Of a DNA stretch of 64,000 nucleotides, positions 57,033 through 64,000 are shown piece after piece. The stretch comes from an uncultured Acidobacteriota bacterium. GTDB taxonomy: Bacteria > Acidobacteriota > UBA6911. The position numbers were made by a program, and so were the translations under genes. Each line of letters opens with the position of its first letter. The first letter of the stretch is position 1. The stretch is taken from positions 256,001-320,000 of the forward strand of contig CAWJKZ010000024.1 in the NCBI GenBank assembly GCA_963843575.1, given 5' to 3'. A model generated the notes under the pieces. It searched no databases, was not told the DNA's origin, and was given only the letters and a program-made list of their open reading frames with translations.

Positions 57033-60000
57033 TTAGAAGCTGTACTTCAGGCCGAACTGGATCTGCCGCTCGCCCTGAGCACTCGTGATTTCGCCGAAGG
57101 TGGCGCTCGACACACTGCGCACCGGAGTGCCGAATTGCGGCGTGTTGGTCAGGTTGAAGAACTCCGCCCGGAGTTCAATCCGGCTCCCCTCGGTGACTTT
57201 GAAGTACTTCTGCATCGACAGATCAAAGGATTTCCAGCCCGGCCCTCGAAGCACGCCGACCCCGGAATTCCCCAAAGTGCCCGCCACGGGCTCCTTGAAA
57301 GCCGATTTGTCGAACCAGCTCTTGCCTTTGCCCACTTCCCGGGCTCCTTCGCCATCCCCCACGCGGTCAGCACGCGCGCCGCGCGAGGTGGTGCCCGACC
57401 GGTCGGTGGATTGGATGGTGAGAGGGAAGCCGCTGCGCAAATTCAGGATTCCACCCATCTGCCAGCCTCCCACGATGCCGTTCAGGACGGGGTGCAGGTT
57501 GTTGCCGAGGGACTTACCGTTGCCGAACGGGAGCTGGTAGGTGTAGACGAAGTTGAACATGTTCTTTGCGTCGAAATAGGTCGGGCCCCATTCCGACTTC
57601 CGGTCGTACAGATTCTGGAAGTATGCGGACTGGGACGCGGCCTGACCGCCTTCGCCGTAGTAGCCGATGGCGTCGCTCATGCCTTTCGAGTAGGTGTAAT
57701 TCGCCTGGAATTCCATGCCCTTGGAGAAGCGCTGGCGCGCGTTCACCTGGAGGGCGTTGTATTTCTGGTTGCCGCACGCCTCGGTCCCCGAGATCTGGGC
57801 GATGTTGGCCAGCAGCGGGTTGCCCGCAAGATACGGGCTCCTGACAGTGGTCTTGTCGGCCAGCAGCTTCTTCTGGAAATAGGGCATCGGCACGATCAGG
57901 TGTGTGCCGTGCTGCCCGACGTAGCCGACGCTGAGCACCATCTGGGCATACAGCTCCTGCTCCATGATCAGGCTCCACTGCTGCACGTTGGCGGGACGGA
58001 CGTTCTGGTCCCACAGCCTGATGTTTGCATTCTTGTAGGGATCAGCCTGCTTGAGCACGGTCAAGCCCTGGTCGAGCGTTCCGCCGATTGCAGTCTGGCC
58101 TTCGTATATCGCCTCGTATTCCGCGTTGAACGGCGGGTTCATCGGCATCCGCAGGTTGGTGCCCGTTCCCTCCATGAAGGAGGAGATCGTATAGGCACCG
58201 CGGACGACGGTCTTGCTGCCGAGGGCCTTCGGGGTCCAGGCGAAGCCGATGCGCGGCTGGAAGTCCTTCTTGAAAGGATTATACAGCGCGCGGCTGTTGC
58301 CGTCCTTGCCCGGCCAGCATCAGTTTGCCCGTGAATGGCTCGAAGTTCGACTGCCGGTCTTCGACCTCGACCAGCGGGGTGTGGTACTCCCACCGGATCC
58401 CGAGGTTAAGGGTCAGCTCGTCGGTTGCGCGCCAGTCATCCTGGATGTACAGGCCGAATATGTGCTTCCGGTGGCCCCAGCTCCCGGTATCCAGACCTCG
58501 TCCGGCGCGCGACTCGTAAGCCGAGGAAGAAATCCGCCTCGGCAAGTCCCTTGGAGGTCGGCGATTTGGCATTGGGTCCGGCGGTGTACTGGCCGTTGAA
58601 GGTGATGAAGCCGGTGATGCCGTTATTCCCGGCATAGAACGGGTTCATCTGCTGCCGCAGCCACTGGCCGCCGGTCTTTATCATGTGCCGGCCGCGAATG
58701 ATCGTGACGTTGTCCGTGAGGTGGAAGGTGTTGTTGGGGAACTTCTGCTGGGTGCCGATGTTGGCGTTGCCGAAGCCGCTCGCCAGGCCGCCGGTCAGGT
58801 TGATGCCGAACAGTCCGGGCGCGCGATCGTTCCCATTCTGGATACCGAGATTCTCCGCGATATTCCCCAAGCCTTCCTTCGCCTGGCCGCCGTTCCAGTT
58901 CACGATACGGTTTGCCCCGAACCGCAACTCGTTGACGATCTTGGGACTGAACGTGCGGGTCCAGTTGATGACTGAATTGCGGAAGGGGGAGTGGTTGAAG
59001 CTATCGACGTTCAAAGGAAATGCGTTGAAGCCAGGTTGTTCCTGTCTGCCCCAGGAGTATCGGAACGAATAGTCGTCCTTCGATCCGCGACGTGCGTCGA
59101 TCTTCACGTCGAACTGGTCGGATATCAGCTGGCTCCTGGAAGAGTTGACGTAGTTGTTCTGCAGAAGGGTGTTGATGGGTGCCGGGTAGAGGTCCGGTGA
59201 GCCGAACAGCTTCGCGACCACCGGATTCATGCGGGTCACCGGGATCTGGTTGTTGACGAAAGGCTGCCGGTTCCCGCTGGCGTCGGTCGTGAGCGGATCG
59301 TACAGCTGGATCTTTTTCTCGGTCAGCAACCGCGAGAAATCACCCGTGCGGAACTCCGTCGGGATGACGCTCATGGAGCTCACCGACGTGGGAGTGTTCC
59401 GCCGGATTCCCTGGTAGTCGCCGAAAAAGAACAGCTTGTCCTTGACGATGGCGCCGCCCAGGGTGCCGCCGAATTCGTTCCAGCGGATCGGCGACCTGGG
59501 TGCTTTCCCGGTTTTCGGATCGGCTGCGAGACTCCAGTTCCGGCCCCAGTTGTTCGCGTTGAGCTTGTCGTTTCTGAAGAACTCGAAGCCGGTGCCGTGC
59601 AGGTCGTTGGTCCCGGACTTGATCACCACGTTGATGACGCCCCCCTGGAAGTTGCCGAACTCCGCGGAGGCGTTGTTGGTGATCATCTTAACTTCCTGGA
59701 TCGCGTCCAGGTTCGGCTGGTAGGCCGTCAGGTTGTCGGACGTGTGGTTGTTGTCGACCCCATCCAGCAGGAAGTTGTTGGACTCCTTCCGGTTGCCGTT
59801 CACATACGGACGGCCCCCGCCGCCGGTCCGCGCACCGCTGTTGAACGCCGACGGGTCGGTGGTGGTGACCCCGGGTGTCAGCAGTGTCAGGGAAATGTAA
59901 TTCCTGGTGACGAGCGGCGTGTTCACAATCGAGTTAGCGGACAGCGTCGAGCCGACGATCGTGGTGTCGGTGCTCAACAGAGGAGCCATCCCGCTGACCT

Positions 60001-60376
60001 CGACGGTTTCGGCAATTACCCCGACCTCCATCTGGATGTCGATGCGGCCCCGCTGATTCAGTTCGAGCACGATGCCGCCGCGGAGTGCCGTCTTGAAGCC
60101 CTGTACTTCCACCCTGAGCTCATACGAGCCGGCCGGGATGCGCGGGAACGCGTAAATGCCTTCCGCGTTGGTCTGGGTCGGCCATTCCGCGCCCCGGTTC
60201 GTTTCCTTCGCAATCACGGAGGCCCCGGGAATCGCAGCCCCCGAGGGATCGGTAATCTTGCCGGTAAGGCCCGCGCTTACTTCCTGGGCGAATGCACACG
60301 GCGCGGGTTGCAGAAAGAGCGCGCCGAGCAATGCCGCTACAATCAGGCTGCCGGCGACAGAAATCCCCTTTGGCAT
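57033..60376 (-). CDS. Oar-like TonB-dependent receptor with N-terminal carboxypeptidase-regulatory-like domain (indels near 58510 and 58310)
   Basis: G.ITDPSGAAIPGA, NNFLLDGVDN, SAEFG, KSGTN, QDDWR...LTLNLGIRWEY, RAEFFNLTN, RQIQFGLKYSF. Confidence 0.93.
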
Positions 60377-60427
60377 AGGTTTCCCTCCGAAGAAAAAGCT
60401 GAGGATTGGTAGGCGTGCACGACAGGT

Positions 60428-60453
60428 ACCTGACAAATCGACCCTTGTCAGGT
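60428..60453. promoter_or_regulatory. Candidate operator upstream of the TonB-dependent receptor
   Basis: Perfect inverted repeat ACCTGACAA-N8-TTGTCAGGT. Confidence 0.5.
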
Positions 60454-60593
60454 CAGTTTGGAGAAGGGCAGAACGATCGGGCACGGTTCAGCCTCGACCT
60501 CGTATGAAAACGGCCCAAACGAAGCTTTCCCGTGACGGCCCTACTCTAGTTCAATCACTTCCTCGAATTCAACGCAATTGTATACGGAATAAA

Positions 60594-60717
60594 CGGAAGC
60601 CGGAAGCCGAAGCCGGCGGCAGATTCGGGGCTTCCGGCTTCCGCCTTTCAAGTGGTTTCCTCTGGTCCGTCCCCTGCATTATCCGGATGTGTCACTGGCT
60701 TCAGGCTTCCGGCTTCT
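60594..60717. repeat. Heptamer (GGAAGCC)n repeats, direct then inverted
   Basis: CGGAAGCCGGAAGCCGAAGCC ... GGCTTCCGGCTTCCG ... GGCTTCAGGCTTCCGGCTTC. Confidence 0.75.
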
Positions 60718-61792
60718 GCATTAGACGGGCGCAGGCGGCGAAGACGCGCTCGACTGGGACTTCCAGGATGCAGCGTGGGGAACCGAAGGCGGCGCAGGTG
60801 TAGCCGGGACAGGGCATGCACGGCAGGTCCGAGCGGACCAGTTCGTAGTTTGTGGCCCACGGGTGCCAGACCCTGTAGTTCGACGATCCCCACACCACGA
60901 CGAGCGGTTTTCCGAGGGCGGCCGCGGCATGCGCCGGACCGCTGTCGTTGCCGACAAACAACCTGCATCCCTCGATGAGACTGAACAACCCGGCAAGCTC
61001 GAGATCGGTCCAGTAGAGGTGGCTCATTTCCGCGTGCCTGGCTACGTTTACGAGGGTCTGCTCCTCGGAGGGCGCGGCTGTCAGGATCACCGGCAGCCGG
61101 TACTCCCGGGCGAGGGTGTCGGCCAGCACCGCGAAGTTTTTTTCACTCCATTGTTTTGTGGCCAGCGTCGCGGTCGGGTGCACGACGACGTAGTCGCCGA
61201 TGCCGGCCGCCTGGAGCCGCCGGTGCACCCTGTCGGCCGAGGCGGGGTCGATGTACAGGCGGCCGCGCGGGCGCTCGGCCACCGGCAGGCCGAGCCAGCG
61301 CATCAGCGACAGTTGGTGCTCTACCGTGTGCAGTTCGCTGCGCCCCCACACCTCTGAGGAGCGCGGGATCATGACGTTGTAAGCACGAGCGCAGCGATAC
61401 CCTTCCTGTCCGACACGGAATCGGGCGCCGCTGGCCAGCGACAGGAGCGCCGAGGTGGTGCCGCCGTGCAGGTTCACGGCAACCGTATAGGATTGCCTGC
61501 GCAACTCGAACACGGCACGGGCCCTCGACCAGCCTCCGGCGCCGGGGCGTTTTGGCTTGAGGACGAGGGTCTCGTGCACGCCGGGATGGCGGGAAAACAC
61601 GGGTGCGAACGGGGCCTCTACGAGCACGTCGATTGCCAGGCCCGGGCGCCACTGGTGGAGCTGCTCGATGAGCGGCAGGATGAGGATGGAGTCGCCGAGC
61701 GACCTCATGCGCACGAGGAGCACCCGCGGGGTGCACTCCAGTTCCTGTCGCAGTCGTTCAGCGGCGCCTGACGGTGGCATCGGGGGTAGCAC
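60701..61792 (-). CDS. GT9 family LPS heptosyltransferase
   Basis: RSLGDSIL, HP.A....KQW, FVGNDSGPAHAAAALG, CMPC...C...CI. Confidence 0.92.
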   Translation of the reverse strand: MLPPMPPSGAAERLRQELECTPRVLLVRMRSLGDSILILPLIEQLHQWRPGLAIDVLVEAPFAPVFSRHPGVHETLVLKPKRPGAGGWSRARAVFELRRQSYTVAVNLHGGTTSALLSLASGARFRVGQEGYRCARAYNVMIPRSSEVWGRSELHTVEHQLSLMRWLGLPVAERPRGRLYIDPASADRVHRRLQAAGIGDYVVVHPTATLATKQWSEKNFAVLADTLAREYRLPVILTAAPSEEQTLVNVARHAEMSHLYWTDLELAGLFSLIEGCRLFVGNDSGPAHAAAALGKPLVVVWGSSNYRVWHPWATNYELVRSDLPCMPCPGYTCAAFGSPRCILEVPVERVFAACARLMQKPEA

Positions 61793-61804
61793 GGCTCCGC
61801 GACG

Positions 61805-61978
61805 TCAACTTTCCTCGACCCGGGATTCGTCGATCAGCATCACGGGGATGTCGTCGCGGATCGGGTAGACGCGGTGGCACTTGACGCACTTCAGCCCGGT
61901 GCCGTCCGGTGTCAGATTCACTTCTTCCTTGCACAAAGGGCAGGCAAGGATATCCAGCAGCTCCTTGCTGATCGCCAT
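61805..61978 (-). CDS. Trm112/YcaR family small protein (57 aa; not in the ORF track)
   Basis: Manual translation MAISKELLDILACPLCKEEVNLTPDGTGLKCVKCHRVYPIRDDIPVMLIDESRVEES; GGAGG RBS. Confidence 0.92.
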   Translation of the reverse strand: MAISKELLDILACPLCKEEVNLTPDGTGLKCVKCHRVYPIRDDIPVMLIDESRVEES

Positions 61979-62002
61979 AGATTCCTCCGCGTTTTCAGGG
62001 TA

Positions 62003-62599
62003 TCACGACCGGCTCCCGACCGCGAACTTGTGCTCGGTGCCTGAGAGCAGCCGGCGTATGTTCTGGTGGTGTTTTGCCACGATCAGGGCCGAGCCGGCGA
62101 CGGCCCAGAAGACCGCAGGGGCGGGTTCGTGGTACACGAGGGCCCACAGCGGAAAGGCGGCGGTTGCCAGTATGGATGCCAGCGAGATGTAGCGCGTGAG
62201 CGCCACCGTGGCGACAAACACCACCAGGGTGGTGCACACGGCGAGGGGGGCTATCGCCAGGTAGGCTCCGCAGCCGGTGGCCACGCCCTTGCCCCCTTTG
62301 AATCCCAGCCACATGGTGAACACGTGTCCCACGATGGCCGCGACGGCCGCGACTCCCGCCCACTCGACTCCGCCGCCCATGATGCCGGCCAGGACAACCG
62401 CCGCATATCCCTTCGCCCCGTCCAGCAGCAGGGTCAGGATGCCCGTCCGGCGGCTCTTGCGATACACGTTCGTGGCCCCAATGTTGCCGCTCCCCTGCCG
62501 GCGGACGTCGCCGCCGTGTAACAGTTTGACGAGGATGTAGCCGAACGGAATCGAACCCAGGAGATAGCCGGCCAGCGGAATCAGATAGACAAGTCTCAT
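62003..62599 (-). CDS. plsY: Glycerol-3-phosphate acyltransferase PlsY
   Basis: YLLGSIP, GSGNIGATNV, GH......FKGGKGVAT, KHHQNIRRL. Confidence 0.96.
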   Translation of the reverse strand: MRLVYLIPLAGYLLGSIPFGYILVKLLHGGDVRRQGSGNIGATNVYRKSRRTGILTLLLDGAKGYAAVVLAGIMGGGVEWAGVAAVAAIVGHVFTMWLGFKGGKGVATGCGAYLAIAPLAVCTTLVVFVATVALTRYISLASILATAAFPLWALVYHEPAPAVFWAVAGSALIVAKHHQNIRRLLSGTEHKFAVGSRS

Positions 62600-62607
62600 G
62601 CCGGAAC

Positions 62608-63165
62608 TCAGACGCCGAGCGTGATGGTTTCGAGGACCGAATAGACGGCGCCGCGGGGTCTCAACTCGCTCCTGTAGACGTTGAAGGCCGCGGCCGTGAA
62701 CGCGCTCTCGGGCTGAGGGGCGATTTTAATATAGTCCAGAAGCGGCTGCAAATTCCTTTTCCCCTGCACCCGTCCCAGTGTCAGGTGCGGGTGAAACGCT
62801 CTCTCCTCGGGTGCGAATCCCAGCGGCCGGCAGGCGTCCTCCACCTGCTGCTGCAGCCCCGGGAGTGATTCCGGATCGCCGCTGACCCCGCACCAGAGCA
62901 CGCGCGGGTTGCGCAGGTTCGGGAACCCTCCGAGTCCTCCCACCGAGACGTGGAACGGGCGCGAGGCGGCCGACGCCGCGCGCAGCCGCCGGGCGAGTTC
63001 GGGCAGGAGCGCCGGGTCCATCTCGCCCAGGAACTTCAGGGTCAGATGGATGGAGTCAAGGGCCGCCCAGCGCACCTCGGCGTTGAAGGCGCGCAGATTC
63101 TCCTGGACCTGCGACAGCATCGATTTGCATTCGGGGGGGAGAGGAACCGCGATGAAGGTTCTCAT
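62608..63165 (-). CDS. thpR: RNA 2',3'-cyclic phosphodiesterase
   Basis: MRTFIA; two HxT motifs (HLTLKF, HLTLGR). Confidence 0.94.
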   Translation of the reverse strand: MRTFIAVPLPPECKSMLSQVQENLRAFNAEVRWAALDSIHLTLKFLGEMDPALLPELARRLRAASAASRPFHVSVGGLGGFPNLRNPRVLWCGVSGDPESLPGLQQQVEDACRPLGFAPEERAFHPHLTLGRVQGKRNLQPLLDYIKIAPQPESAFTAAAFNVYRSELRPRGAVYSVLETITLGV

Positions 63166-64000
63166 GGGTGCTCACCGGGACGAGAGGTCAGGAAGGCGCG
63201 CAGGCATGCGAGCGCGAAGGCGGCGGCGCGCTCGCGCACGCTGTGCCGGTCGCCCGGCACGATGCGGCGCGCGTGTGTCACCCTCTCCGGGTCCGCCATC
63301 CCCACGTACACCAACCCCACGGGCTTTTCGGCGGATCCCCCGTCGGGGCCCGCGATCCCCGTGATGGAGAGCCCGAGCGAGCTGCCGACGGCCAGCCGGA
63401 CGCCCGCCGCCAGCGCCTCGGCGGTTTCCGCGCTCACAGCGCCGTAGGCGGCAAGCGTTTCGGGCGGAACTCGGCACAGGGCCGTCTTGACGGCGTTGCT
63501 GTAGCAGAGCACGCCCCCCGCAAAATACGCCGAGCTGCCGGGCACCCGCGTGATCCGCGCACCCAGCATCCCGGCCGTGCACGATTCGGCCACCGCGAGC
63601 GTGCGGTGCGATTGCAGCAACATGCGGCCGACGACGTTTTCCAGTGCCTCCCCGTCGGCGCTGAAGATGGCGGACCCAAGCTCGCGGCACAGGGCGGCGG
63701 TGAGTTCTTCGAGGTCGGAAGGAGCCTCGCCCGGCTTGAGCCAGCGGGACAGGCGGAGCACGATCTGGCCGCCGCCCGCCAGGATGGTGGTCTGCACGTT
63801 CGGGTAACTGCGGTAGAGCGGGGAGACGCGCGCATCGACCTCTGATTCCGTCCAGCCCGTGATGTGCAGCGTCCTGCGTGCCATCTTTCTGCCGCCGCCG
63901 AGCTCCGCCAGGCGGGGGAGAACGGCAGCCTCCAGCATGGGCCTGGCCTCCTGCGGCGGGCCCGGCAGGAGGGCGATCGCGACGCCCTGCTCGAGCAGCC
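63162..64000 (-). CDS. cinA: CinA competence/damage-inducible protein (5'-truncated by window)
   Basis: LLPGPP, AVAESCTAG, YSN..K, GAVS, SITGIAGPDGG...KPVG. Confidence 0.93.
   Translation of the reverse strand, partial: LLEQGVAIALLPGPPQEARPMLEAAVLPRLAELGGGRKMARRTLHITGWTESEVDARVSPLYRSYPNVQTTILAGGGQIVLRLSRWLKPGEAPSDLEELTAALCRELGSAIFSADGEALENVVGRMLLQSHRTLAVAESCTAGMLGARITRVPGSSAYFAGGVLCYSNAVKTALCRVPPETLAAYGAVSAETAEALAAGVRLAVGSSLGLSITGIAGPDGGSAEKPVGLVYVGMADPERVTHARRIVPGDRHSVRERAAAFALACLRAFLTSRPGEHP

Overview
High-GC (~67% by eye) bacterial chromosome segment, most consistent with an Acidobacteriota genome (Oar-type TonB receptor, DUF4097 pair with HEAT-repeat anti-sigma, acidobacterial-style pilin and repeat proteins). 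Many conserved genes, including rpoB and rpoC, are broken by single-base indels (mostly +1 insertions). I read these as uncorrected long-read errors, so genes are reported as reconstructed spans. Content in order: rpoB end and rpoC; ECF sigma/anti-sigma/2x DUF4097 operon; NPP-like/5'-nucleotidase fusion; CDP-alcohol phosphotransferase, GtrA, methyltransferase and two GT-C-type membrane proteins next to a type IV pilus cluster (ubiA-pilB-pilT-pilC-pilS-pilR-pilA, with a perfect sigma-54 promoter); NSAR/OSBS, racemase and HAD genes; an outer-membrane barrel plus two large repeat-domain secreted proteins, divergent from a sensor kinase, sigma-54 activator and sigma-54-driven orphan ECF; an envelope cluster (mnmA, lpxB, M1-like/TPR protein, lpxD, ABC-2 transporter, heptose kinase, GT9, Trm112, plsY); a TonB-dependent receptor; thpR and partial cinA. 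No tRNA, rRNA, CRISPR array or transposase was seen. At least four families of dispersed intergenic repeats are present. Best leads for new biology: a putative GT-C pilin-glycosylation locus, an HK/bEBP/sigma-54/ECF cascade facing a surface-protein operon, and two apparent pseudoenzymes.
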